Shown here: piece after piece, positions 36,590 through 45,795 of the stretch
How the letters are laid out: each line of letters opens with the position of its first letter
How positions within the stretch are numbered: the stretch's first letter is position 1
Origin: Planctomycetota bacterium
Lineage (GTDB): Bacteria > Planctomycetota > UBA11346
Direction of reading: 5' to 3'
Length of the DNA: 64,000 bases
Assembly (NCBI GenBank): GCA_031425255.1
Contig: JANPIY010000208.1
Span: 6,955 to 70,954, forward strand
Made by a program: the position numbers and the translations under genes
The notes under the pieces: generated by a model
The model's database searches: none
What the model was told of the DNA's origin: nothing
Seen by the model: the letters and a program-made list of their open reading frames with translations, nothing else

Positions 36590-37876
36590 ATGATCGTCCG
36601 CTTCCCTCTCGCCGTCCTCATGCTCATCGCCGGCTTCGCGGTGGGCAACGCCGCGCTCCAGGCGGGCGAAGACCGCGACCAGATCATGCGCAAGAATGGC
36701 ACCCGGATAGCCGGCTACATCGAGACCGAGAACACCGCCGGCATCTGGTACCGCACGCTCAAACCCAGCAGCGACGTCCCGGCGGGCAAGGCCCAGGCGG
36801 TCAAGCTCAACGAGTTGGCGACCATCACCTACGTCGGCATGGACGGCGGCGCCTGGGCCAAGGGCCAGGACGAACGCGATGCCGGCAACTACGAAGCCGC
36901 GGCCGAGTTCTTCAATCAGCTCGCCACCAGCGGCACGCGCGAATGGGAGAAGGTCTACGGTTCCATCGCCGAGGGCGAATGCTGGGAACTGGCCCGCAAA
37001 TACGGCGAAGCGGCCAAGGCCTTCGCCGTAGTGGTCGATGGGTATGGCGGCGATGCGGGCAAGAAGATCCTCGCCCATCGGCTGTGGCTGGACGCCAAAT
37101 ACCACCTCGGCATGGCCTATGCCCAGGCCAAGAATCCCTCCGCCGACAAGATCGCTGCCGAACTGGAGGAACTCGGCAAGAAGGAAGGACTGAGCGCCGC
37201 CGAGGCGCGCGCGAATGCCATCCGCTCCGCCAAGTTCGCCGCCGAAGGCAATCTCGCCAAGTTCACCGAGTTCATGAAGAAGGCCACCCTGCGCTCTTTC
37301 GACGAGCCGGAAGTGTGGTTCCATTTCAAACTCTTCTGTGCCGAATCGCTGCGCCAGGCTTTCAAGAAGGGCAAGGAGTCTGCCGGCATCTATCGTGAAA
37401 TCCTCAATGGCCTGGCCGACGATCCGGCTCGCCAGGCGCAGATCTCGCTCGGACTCGGCCTGACCTTGATGGAGAACGACAAGGACGCTGCGTTGATCGA
37501 ACTGCTCAAACTCGACGTGCTCCCCTATGGCTCGCCCGACCAGAAGTGCGAAGCACGTTATAACGCAGGCCGCCTGCTATGGGAGGCCGCACAAGCGATC
37601 AAATCCAACTCCGAAGCGATGAAGGACGAGCGCAAGGCCGCTTTCGTCAAGGAGACCGAACGCGCCGCCCGCCTGGTGGTCACCGCCGCCGCCGACGGCC
37701 CGCCACGGAATCCCAACGTCGAATTGGCCAAGGCCCTGCTGACCTCCTTCGGCGTCGATCCGGACGCGCCCAAGCCGAAGGACGAGAAGAAGAAGGACGA
37801 GCCGAAAAAAGAGGATCCCAAGAAGGCCGAGGTCAAGAAGGACGCGCCGAAGCCGGCACCCCCGGCGAAGAAGTAG
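36590..37876 (+). CDS. secreted TPR-like protein with a Lys-rich C-terminal tail
   Basis: GGAG SD 5 nt before the ATG. Signal MIVRFPLAVLMLIAGFAVGNAALQA. Region 'GNYEAAAEFFNQLA...REWEKVYGSIAEGECWELARKYGEAAKAF' parallels 'SDWDKAAESYKKA...WNWEVEHSYRRAAECLARANKATDAI' of the previous gene. The tail is PKPKDEKKKDEPKKEDPKKAEVKKDAPKPAPPAKK. Confidence 0.85.
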   Translation: MIVRFPLAVLMLIAGFAVGNAALQAGEDRDQIMRKNGTRIAGYIETENTAGIWYRTLKPSSDVPAGKAQAVKLNELATITYVGMDGGAWAKGQDERDAGNYEAAAEFFNQLATSGTREWEKVYGSIAEGECWELARKYGEAAKAFAVVVDGYGGDAGKKILAHRLWLDAKYHLGMAYAQAKNPSADKIAAELEELGKKEGLSAAEARANAIRSAKFAAEGNLAKFTEFMKKATLRSFDEPEVWFHFKLFCAESLRQAFKKGKESAGIYREILNGLADDPARQAQISLGLGLTLMENDKDAALIELLKLDVLPYGSPDQKCEARYNAGRLLWEAAQAIKSNSEAMKDERKAAFVKETERAARLVVTAAADGPPRNPNVELAKALLTSFGVDPDAPKPKDEKKKDEPKKEDPKKAEVKKDAPKPAPPAKK

Positions 37877-37888
37877 TCCAACGCCGCT

Positions 37889-40210
37889 TCACGGCACCAC
37901 GTTGATGGTCTGGTACAGCGTGAACGTCACCGCCTCGCCACCGACGTCGGCGAACTTCATGATGATGGCCTGCTGCATCACTGGCTTCAGGTCGGGGATG
38001 CTGATCACCACCGTGCAGCCGTCGGTTTCCAGGCGCACGCCGCTGATGGCGACGGGGTCACGGACCTTCTGCTGGGGATCGGCGACCGACACGTCGGGCG
38101 AGCCGTAGGCGCCGGTCCAGGCGTAGTTCCAGCGCTGGGCCGTGACGCTGTCGGCATTCACCGTGTCAGGGTCGAGAGCCGCACTGAAGCGCAGACGCAC
38201 CTCACCCTTCCTGACCGTCAGGCCGATGGGCAAGGCGGCATCCTTGCCGTTCCAGCGCATGCGCTGCAGACAGCCATCGCTGCCGGCATTGGTCTGCCAG
38301 CCCTTGAGACCGCTGAGGTAGAGGTGGCCATCCTTGGGACTGACGCGCGCGCGCATGATGCCGCTGGCGAAACGCAGGGGCATGGTGACCACACCGCCTT
38401 GCGCCACGCCGCCGACATCCTCGTGCAGCACCGCCAGCACCGTGCTCTGGCCATAACTCAGGTGCAGCATGGCACCGGATAACGGGCCCCACTGCTTACC
38501 CGCCCACACCTGCGAACCTGGGCAGTTGTCGGCTGCCATCGGGATCCAGCACAGCGGCGGCTCATAGGCCGCGGGATGGGCCGGTTCGTTCTTGCCGTAA
38601 AACTGCGGGCTGCCGACGTAGCCATACCATCGGCCCGGTTTGATCACATTGAGTCGGCAGACGGGCACCCAATTGCCCTGATTGTCGGCGCAGGTCAGCA
38701 GATCTCCCGGGCCCATGCCCAGGCCGCTGGGCACGCGCAAGCCGGTGGCGATCTCCTCGCAGCGGCTGCCATCCTTGGCGATCCGGATCATCGCCGCGTG
38801 CTTCGGGAAGCCGACCGGATTGCCATGCCCACCTTTGCCGAGGTAGAAGTCGCCCGCGCGGTCGGTGGCGAGGTCCATGGTGAAGTCGTTGTACTTGGCA
38901 TAGACCGGGATGTCGCGATTGAGGGCGACATAGGCATCCGCCTCGCCATCGGCGTTCAGGTCATCGAGCCTGACCAACGCATCGCGACAGCAGACGTGGA
39001 TTTTTCCGTCCACCACCTTCAGCCCGAGCGGCTCGAACAGTCCGCTGGCGAAACGTTTCCAGGTGATGGTGCCCAGTGCTTCATCGATGCCGGAAGCGAT
39101 CCACACATCACCCGCCATGGTGGCGAGGGCCAGCCGCCCATCGGCGAAGAAGTCGTGGGCGGTCGGACGGATCCACGATTTCCAGGGGTTGTCGCTGGGC
39201 AGGGCGAGGGTGTCGATCGTATACGCGCCCTGATCCGCCCCACGCGTCCCCACCGTGGTCTGGACCGGCCAGCGCGCCGCTCCACCCCGGCACCACGCGC
39301 TGGCATCCGCGGGCGCGGGAACGGCGGCCAGCGCGCTGCCGATGACGGCGGCATCCGCACCGGTGGTCATGGCGATGGTCAGGCGCAGCGGTTCCCGATG
39401 TGCGGGAAGCCGCAGCTCGATGCGTCCACCACGCACCAGCAGCCGGGCCTGCGCCGGTGCCCCGAGCACCCGCACGGCGGTGCGCTGATCGGCGACGAGC
39501 GCCTGATCGAGCCAGGCCACGGTTCCAGCCGCAACACCGTCCGCCTCGCCGGTGAAGGCCAGCGGAGCGACACCGTCCGCAGCCACTGCGCCGCGCGCAT
39601 CCGCCACCTCGGTGACCAGCAGGGTGATCGCGGCGCTGCTGGCGCTGACGTGCAGCGTGCGGGTGAACACCGTGATGCCGGCGGTGGTCAGTGCTGACGG
39701 CGCATCGAACACCTCGCAGGCGTTGGCGCGTTCACCGATGCGATAGTGGAACACCACCTGGTCGCCATGGCGGTAGAGTCCGAGATAGGCGCCCCAGGCC
39801 GACGGCAGTTCGCCGACGCCCTGCAGCCGCGGATCTGCGCCCATCGTCGTCGCCGCGGGAGCGGCGATCCCAGGGCCCATGGCGGTTCCGGCGACGATGG
39901 TGCCGAGCACTTTCGCTCCCCCCGATCCCTGGACCCAACGCGTCACGTTGGTGGCGGTCATGTCGACATAACCACCGGTCCAGGTCGCCGCGTAACGCAG
40001 GGTCTCGCTATCGAACACCATCGCCGCGGTGTCCGACAGGCGCACGGCGATGGCCTTGGTGACGGTCTGCTTGGGCTGGACGCCGGCGGCCGGCAGCTCG
40101 ACGAAATAGTGCACCAGCGGACCGAACGGCATGGCTTGGCCCTGAGGCGGATGTCTGGCCTCACCGGCAGCCAACGCAGCAGCAATCAACAGCAGGACGA
40201 GATGGCGCAT
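37889..40210 (-). CDS. secreted beta-propeller protein, PVC 'membrane-bound dehydrogenase domain'-like
   Basis: ATG at 40210 gives the signal MRHLVLLLIAAALAAGEA. The central region (FFADGRLALATMAGDVWI..., DLATDRAGDFYLGKGGHG..., CADNQGNWVP) looks like SGDH-type propeller blades. Family call from memory only. Confidence 0.6.
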   Translation of the reverse strand: MRHLVLLLIAAALAAGEARHPPQGQAMPFGPLVHYFVELPAAGVQPKQTVTKAIAVRLSDTAAMVFDSETLRYAATWTGGYVDMTATNVTRWVQGSGGAKVLGTIVAGTAMGPGIAAPAATTMGADPRLQGVGELPSAWGAYLGLYRHGDQVVFHYRIGERANACEVFDAPSALTTAGITVFTRTLHVSASSAAITLLVTEVADARGAVAADGVAPLAFTGEADGVAAGTVAWLDQALVADQRTAVRVLGAPAQARLLVRGGRIELRLPAHREPLRLTIAMTTGADAAVIGSALAAVPAPADASAWCRGGAARWPVQTTVGTRGADQGAYTIDTLALPSDNPWKSWIRPTAHDFFADGRLALATMAGDVWIASGIDEALGTITWKRFASGLFEPLGLKVVDGKIHVCCRDALVRLDDLNADGEADAYVALNRDIPVYAKYNDFTMDLATDRAGDFYLGKGGHGNPVGFPKHAAMIRIAKDGSRCEEIATGLRVPSGLGMGPGDLLTCADNQGNWVPVCRLNVIKPGRWYGYVGSPQFYGKNEPAHPAAYEPPLCWIPMAADNCPGSQVWAGKQWGPLSGAMLHLSYGQSTVLAVLHEDVGGVAQGGVVTMPLRFASGIMRARVSPKDGHLYLSGLKGWQTNAGSDGCLQRMRWNGKDAALPIGLTVRKGEVRLRFSAALDPDTVNADSVTAQRWNYAWTGAYGSPDVSVADPQQKVRDPVAISGVRLETDGCTVVISIPDLKPVMQQAIIMKFADVGGEAVTFTLYQTINVVP

Positions 40211-40391
40211 GGGGCCTCCGATTCCGCGGGCCTGATCCGGCCCAGCGACCGTGGGGATGATGCCTCTGGCCGCGCCTGCGGTCGAGCGCAGAACCACCGT
40301 GGCCGCCTGGTGAGGCGCAAAAAGCCTGCGCGGATCCGTCAGCGGCTGGCGGGCGGGTTCGCGTGCGTAGGCTGCCGCGCGGAGGCCTCCC

Positions 40392-41591
40392 ATGCCCCTC
40401 TTCTCCTGGTGGTCCGCTGCGCTCCTGCTGGTGAATGCCGCTGTGATCGACGTGATCGCCGCCGATCCCACCGTGGTCATCGACCTCGGCGCGTCACCCG
40501 CCACTGATGGCGCCGTGACCCTGCCCGTGCTGCCTGCCGGTGAATGGGTCCTGGTGGCCGCGGACGGCACCCACTTCCCGATCGCCCGCTGCGGCGACGG
40601 CGTGGGACGGACCCTCCTCCCGGGTTTGACCGGCATTCAGCGCTTCACCCTCGCCACCGGTGGTGCGAGCACACCGCTCATCGCGGTCGAGGCCGATGCT
40701 GATGAGCGCCAGCGCTTCTCCCTCGCCGGCAAGGAACTCGCGAGCTGGCAGGGTGGTCGCGGCGTCCTGCCCGCCGGCTACGACGAGAAGTTCCGCCGTG
40801 GCGGTTATCTCGCCCGGCTGCTGACGCCGGCCGGGCGGCTGGTGACCGACGACATGCCGGACAAGCACCGGCATCACCACGGCGTGTGGTTCGCCTGGAC
40901 CAAGACCCGGTTCGCCGGCCGACACCCCGACTTCTGGAACATGGGTGCCGGTACAGGTGGCGTGCAGAACGAGCAGACCACCGCCGCGTGGTGCGCCGGC
41001 GCCTGGGCCGGTTGGACTGCGCGCAACCGCTACGACGACCTCACCGCCGTGCCGCCAGAGGCGGCGCTGGGTGAGCGCATGCAGGTGCTTCTGCGCGCGC
41101 CGCTGCCTGGTGACCCGGTGCTGATCGTCGACCTGACCGTGGTGCAGCAGTGCGTGACGTCGCAGCCGCTGCAGTTGCCGACCTACCACTACGGTGGACT
41201 GGGTGTACGCGGCAACCATGGCTGGGATGGCGCGGCCCACGCGCGTTTCCTCAGCAGCGAGCGCAAGACCCGCGCCGACGGTAACACCACCCGCGGCCGC
41301 TGGTGTTGGATGGGTGGGACGGTCGATGGGGAGACTGCCGGCATCGTCGTCCTCGGCCATCCGAGCAATGTCCGGGCGCCCCAGCCGCTGCGCATACATC
41401 CCAACGAACCCTTCCTCTGTTTCGCTCCCTCCCAGCTCGGCGACTGGCGCATCGCGCCGGACGAACCGCTGATCAGCCGCTACCGTCTGGTCGTCGCCGA
41501 CGGCGAACCGGATGCGGCAGCGATCGAACGCCGGTGGGTGGCCTATGCCAATGAACCGAGCGTGACGATTGATATGAGGGCCACGAAATAG
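40392..41591 (+). CDS. DUF6807 / PmoA-family protein
   Basis: GGAGG SD 6 nt upstream of the ATG. Signal-like N-terminus. 'DKHRHHHGVWFAWTKTRFAGRHPDFWNMG' resembles the conserved His-rich block of this family. Confidence 0.6.
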   Translation: MPLFSWWSAALLLVNAAVIDVIAADPTVVIDLGASPATDGAVTLPVLPAGEWVLVAADGTHFPIARCGDGVGRTLLPGLTGIQRFTLATGGASTPLIAVEADADERQRFSLAGKELASWQGGRGVLPAGYDEKFRRGGYLARLLTPAGRLVTDDMPDKHRHHHGVWFAWTKTRFAGRHPDFWNMGAGTGGVQNEQTTAAWCAGAWAGWTARNRYDDLTAVPPEAALGERMQVLLRAPLPGDPVLIVDLTVVQQCVTSQPLQLPTYHYGGLGVRGNHGWDGAAHARFLSSERKTRADGNTTRGRWCWMGGTVDGETAGIVVLGHPSNVRAPQPLRIHPNEPFLCFAPSQLGDWRIAPDEPLISRYRLVVADGEPDAAAIERRWVAYANEPSVTIDMRATK

Positions 41592-41598
41592 GCTTCCC

Positions 41599-41675
41599 TG
41601 TCGGATGCCCGATGTCGCGTCGACCACGAGGCATCGGACATCGGACATCGGACGTTTCAATCGGACATCGGACAT
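41599..41675. repeat. inverted tandem-heptamer element, family 1
   Basis: 41599..41614 pairs with 41632..41647 (16 positions, 2 mismatches, 17-nt loop). Right side carries ATCGGAC x3, then GTTTCA, then ATCGGAC x2. The loop CGTCGACCACGAGG resembles the loop of the 6130..6198 copy (CGTCGCCATACGAG). Confidence 0.85.
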
Positions 41676-41710
41676 TGCGACCCCGAGGTCCGAACTAGGC
41701 TGCGCCTCCC

Positions 41711-42322
41711 ATGCGCGTTGCGATCATCGACTATCAGGCCGGCAATCTCACCTCGGTGCAACGGGCCCTGGCGCACATCGGTCAGGCCGCGGACATCACC
41801 GCCGATCCGGCCGTCATCGCTGCCGCTGACAAGGTCATCTTCCCTGGGGTCGGCGCCGCCGGCAGCTGCATGGCCAACCTGCGCGCCGCCCGCCTCGACC
41901 ACGCCTTGGCGCAGGTGATCACGGCTGACAAGCCGCTGCTGTGCATCTGCGTCGGCATGCAGCTGCTATTCGCCAGCAGCGAGGAGGACGGCGGCGTGCC
42001 CTGTCTGGATGTCATTCCCGGAGCCGTACGCCGCTTCGCCCTCCGCGATCGCACCCACAAGGTGCCGCACATGGGTTGGAACCCGGTGCACTGGCACCAG
42101 GCCGATCCGTTGTGGCAGGGCATCGCCAACGACACCCCGTTCTATTTCGTGCACAGCTACTTCTGCGCACCCGGCGCCAGTGTCGCCCCACTGGGGAGCG
42201 CCGACCACGGTGGGCGTTTCTGCGCCGCCGTCCGCCGCGGCCCGCTGGCGGCGGTGCAATTCCATCCCGAAAAGAGCGGCGAGGCCGGCCTGCAGCTGCT
42301 GGGAAACTTCCTCCGCGCTTGA
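41711..42322 (+). CDS. hisH: imidazole glycerol phosphate synthase, glutamine amidotransferase subunit
   Basis: MRVAIIDYQAGNLTSVQRAL, catalytic LLCICVGMQLL, HMGWN, FVHSY, QFHPEKSG. Confidence 0.93.
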   Translation: MRVAIIDYQAGNLTSVQRALAHIGQAADITADPAVIAAADKVIFPGVGAAGSCMANLRAARLDHALAQVITADKPLLCICVGMQLLFASSEEDGGVPCLDVIPGAVRRFALRDRTHKVPHMGWNPVHWHQADPLWQGIANDTPFYFVHSYFCAPGASVAPLGSADHGGRFCAAVRRGPLAAVQFHPEKSGEAGLQLLGNFLRA

Positions 42323-42481
42323 TCCCGAACAATCACCGGGCGTCTGGCCCACGGCCACGGGAGTGGCGGCGCCCGCCATGTCAGCTTGGCGCTCGTCCTT
42401 TCAGCGGAGTCGTGTGCGCCTATCCGGTGGGGAGCCGGACACGCCCCTTCACCAGCAGCACGGTTTTCATCGGAAAAAATC

Positions 42482-42518
42482 CTGCGCGGATCGCTCAACG
42501 CGCGTGCGATCCGCGCAG
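42482..42518 (-). terminator. orphan intrinsic-terminator-like hairpin oriented for the minus strand
   Basis: CTGCGCGGATCGC-(11 nt)-GCGATCCGCGCAG is a perfect 13-bp stem. On the minus strand it is followed by GATTTTTTCC. No minus-strand gene lies upstream of it. Confidence 0.5.
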
Positions 42519-42645
42519 ATCGTGATGGCCGACGGCCTACTGCTCAACAACCGGCTCAGTGCGCTGTAATCGCTGGCCCAGGATGCGATTGCACACGCGC
42601 GTGCGAACGACATCCCTGTGGTGACCCATCGGATCGGAACTGCCC

Positions 42646-45600
42646 ATGCGCTTGCCGCCTCGCCTCATTCTGCCGCTCGTCTTCACCTGCCTCATCAGCG
42701 TGGCGCCGGCTGCCGACAAGCTGTCATACAACCGCGACGTGCGCCCGATCCTGTCCGACACCTGCTTCAAATGCCACGGTCCGGACAAGGGCAATCGCAA
42801 GGGTAAGCTGCGGCTGGATGACCGCGAGGCGGCCCTCGCGAAGGAGGCCTTCGTCCCAGGGAAGCCCGCCGAGAGCGAACTGGTCAAGCGCCTGCACGCC
42901 ACCGATCCCGACGACGTCATGCCACCCAAGGATGCGGTGCGCCAGCTCACCGCCGAGCAGCGCAAGATCCTCGAGCGCTGGATCAGCGAAGGTGCGACCT
43001 ATGAACCGCATTGGGCGTACATCGCGCCCCAACGCCCCGCCTTGCCCACGGTCACCGATCGCACGTGGGCGGCCAATCCCATCGACACCTTCATCCGCGC
43101 GCGCCTGGATGCCGAACAGATCGCGCCTTCCGCGGAGGCCGATCGCGCCACCTTGTTGCGCCGCCTCAGTCTCGATCTCATCGGCCTGCCACCGACGCCG
43201 ACCGAACTCGCCGTCTTCAGCGCCGACCGCGCGCCCGACGCCTTCGCCAAACAGGTCGCCCGCCTGCTCGCCTCGCCGCATTATGGCGAACGCATGGCGG
43301 TGCCGTGGCTCGATGCCGTGCGGTTCGCCGACACCGTCGGCTTCCATGGCGACCAGAATCAGAACAACTTCCCCTACCGCGACTGGGTGATCGACGCCTT
43401 CAACCGCAATCTGCCCTTCGACCGTTTCACCATCGAGCAGCTGGCCGGTGACCTGGTGCCGGGCGCGAACGACGCGACGCGCACCGCCTCGGGTTTCAAC
43501 CGCCTGAACATGATGACGCGCGAGGGCGGCGCCCAGCCCAAGGAATACCTCGCCAAGTACACCGCCGACCGCGTGCGCACCCTCGGCGGTGCCTGGCTGG
43601 GCTCGACCCTGGCCTGCTGCGAATGCCACGACCACAAGTACGACCCGTGGGGCATCAAGGATTTCTACCGCTTCGGCGCATTCTTCGCCGACGTGCGGCA
43701 GTGGGGCGTGTACGCCGATTATGGCTACACCAAGAACCCGGAACTGGCCGGCTACAACAACGACTATCCGTTCCCACCTGAGATCGCGGTGGCGAGCCCC
43801 TACCTGCAGGCGCGTAGCGAGCGCTTGCGCGGGCAACGGGCGCAGGTGATCGCCAAGGCCGCGACCGCCGCCGACGGCAAGGCGCGGACGGCATGGCGGG
43901 CCGAGCTCGCCGCCTTCCTCGCGACCAACCGGGATGGCTGGGCGCCGCTGTCGCCAACGTCGCCGGCGCCAGACGCCAAGGCCAGCTACACCGTCGAAGC
44001 CGATGGCGTGATCACCGTCACCGCCAAGAAGGACGAGAAGGTCGTCGTGCGCCTGACCCCGAGCGTGGGCATCATCGCCAGCATCCGCCTGCAACTGGCA
44101 CCAGGGAAGAACGGGGCGCTGCTGAGCGAGAAGGGCGGCCACGTCGAACTGCGTCTCGCCGCCCGCCCTGCCGGTGACAAGAAAGGCGCCAACCTGGGTA
44201 TCCGCCGTGCGGACGCGACCTCCAAACGCGTGAAATACGCCGGTGGAGCCGAGCTCATCGGCATCCAGCGGGGCTGGAGCCTGAGCGCGGAGCAGGCCCG
44301 CACACCGGCCACCGGCGTGTGGGTGCTCGATCGACCGCTGGTCATCGCTGCCGGCGACGCCGTGGAGCTCACGCTGGAGAAGAACGAACTCGCCCGTTTC
44401 ACGGTGGCGGGGTCTCCCCTGGTGCCCGCCCAGTTGAGCCAGCCGGTATTTCCCGCCGAGCTCCTGACCGCCTTGCGTGGCAGCGGCAACGACCCGCGCA
44501 GCGATGAGGCCTGGCTGCTGAGCGGCGCGGGCGACGCCGCAGCGTATGCGCAGGTGGTGCAGCTCGAGCGCGAGATCGACGAGTGCCGTGACGGCAAGGC
44601 CATGACCACGGTGACCGAGGCTTGGCAGCCCATACCCATCCGCGTCCTGCCGCGGGGCAACTGGCAGGATGAGAATGGTGAGGTGGTGACGCCGGGCGCT
44701 CCACATTTCATGCGCGAGATCCCCGCCGAGAAGGAACGCCGGCTGACCCGCCTCGACCTCGGCGAGTGGCTGACCTCGAGTGACAATCCGCTGACCGCAC
44801 GGGTCTTCGTCAACCGGGTCTGGGCGCAGCTCATGGGCATCGGCATCTCGGCCACGGTCGACGATTTCGGGCTGCAGGGCGAATGGCCCTCGCATCCGGA
44901 ACTGCTCGACTGGTTGGCGGTGGAGTTCCGCGAGAGCGGCTGGGACGTCAAACGATTGGTCACCCTGATCGTCAGCTCGGCCACCTACCGCCAATCGTCG
45001 GTGCTGCGTCCCGAGGTGCTGGCGCGCGATCCGCAGAACCGGCTGCGGGCCAGCCAATCGCCTCGCCGGCTGGACGCCGAGTTCGTGCGTGACAATGCGC
45101 TGACCATCAGTGGCCTGCTGGTCGGCGACATCGGTGGGCCGAGCGCCAAACCCTACCAGCCGCCGAACTACTACACCAACCTCCAGTTCCCGGATCGCGA
45201 CTACGTCGCGAACAGCGACGACCGCCAGTTCCGGCGTGGCGTCTACATGCATTGGCAGCGCACCTTCCTGCATCCGATGCTGGCCAACTTCGATGCCCCC
45301 TCGCGCGACGAGTGCGCGGTGTTCCGCACCCAGGCCAACAGTCCGCAGCAGGCGCTCACGCTGCTCAACGATCCGACCTTCGTCGAGGCGGCACGCACCT
45401 GGGCAGCGCGCCTGATCGCCACTGGCGGCGATGACGGGGCCAAGCTCGAACGCGCCTTCCGCGCCGCCGTCGGCCGAGCGCCCGGCGCCACAGAATCCGC
45501 GCCGCTCCTCGCATTCCTCGCCAAGCAACGGGCGACCTACGCCCAGCCTGGGGACGCAGCCAGCGCCCTGCTGCGCACCGGCGTGTCTCCGCTGCCGCCC

Positions 45601-45684
45601 GAAGCCGACCGCGCCGAGATCGCGGCCTGGACGCAGGTCTGCCGGGTGTTGCTGAACCTGCACGAAACCATCACCCGCCTCTGA
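42646..45684 (+). CDS. PSCyt1/PSCyt2(DUF1549)/PSD1(DUF1553) planctomycete-type cytochrome c protein
   Basis: Signal peptide, CFKCHGPDK heme-binding motif near the N-terminus, 'RRLSLDLIGLPPTP' (DUF1549-like), 'CCECHDHKYDP' (DUF1553-like). Confidence 0.9.
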   Translation: MRLPPRLILPLVFTCLISVAPAADKLSYNRDVRPILSDTCFKCHGPDKGNRKGKLRLDDREAALAKEAFVPGKPAESELVKRLHATDPDDVMPPKDAVRQLTAEQRKILERWISEGATYEPHWAYIAPQRPALPTVTDRTWAANPIDTFIRARLDAEQIAPSAEADRATLLRRLSLDLIGLPPTPTELAVFSADRAPDAFAKQVARLLASPHYGERMAVPWLDAVRFADTVGFHGDQNQNNFPYRDWVIDAFNRNLPFDRFTIEQLAGDLVPGANDATRTASGFNRLNMMTREGGAQPKEYLAKYTADRVRTLGGAWLGSTLACCECHDHKYDPWGIKDFYRFGAFFADVRQWGVYADYGYTKNPELAGYNNDYPFPPEIAVASPYLQARSERLRGQRAQVIAKAATAADGKARTAWRAELAAFLATNRDGWAPLSPTSPAPDAKASYTVEADGVITVTAKKDEKVVVRLTPSVGIIASIRLQLAPGKNGALLSEKGGHVELRLAARPAGDKKGANLGIRRADATSKRVKYAGGAELIGIQRGWSLSAEQARTPATGVWVLDRPLVIAAGDAVELTLEKNELARFTVAGSPLVPAQLSQPVFPAELLTALRGSGNDPRSDEAWLLSGAGDAAAYAQVVQLEREIDECRDGKAMTTVTEAWQPIPIRVLPRGNWQDENGEVVTPGAPHFMREIPAEKERRLTRLDLGEWLTSSDNPLTARVFVNRVWAQLMGIGISATVDDFGLQGEWPSHPELLDWLAVEFRESGWDVKRLVTLIVSSATYRQSSVLRPEVLARDPQNRLRASQSPRRLDAEFVRDNALTISGLLVGDIGGPSAKPYQPPNYYTNLQFPDRDYVANSDDRQFRRGVYMHWQRTFLHPMLANFDAPSRDECAVFRTQANSPQQALTLLNDPTFVEAARTWAARLIATGGDDGAKLERAFRAAVGRAPGATESAPLLAFLAKQRATYAQPGDAASALLRTGVSPLPPEADRAEIAAWTQVCRVLLNLHETITRL

Positions 45685-45689
45685 CAGCC

Positions 45690-45795
45690 GTCCGATGTCC
45701 GATGTCGAACCGCCTTGCTTCACTCCGGAGTTTCCATGCCAGCCAATGACCCTCTTCCCACGATGACATCGGACATCGGACATCGGACATCGGAC
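45690..45795. repeat. inverted tandem-heptamer element, family 1, bracketing the DUF1501 RBS/start
   Basis: Left arm GTCCGATGTCCGATGTC (45690..45706). Right arm (GACATCG)x4 GAC (45765..45795). A 17-bp perfect stem is possible in three registers. The loop contains GGAG (45727..45730) and the ATG at 45736. Confidence 0.9.
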
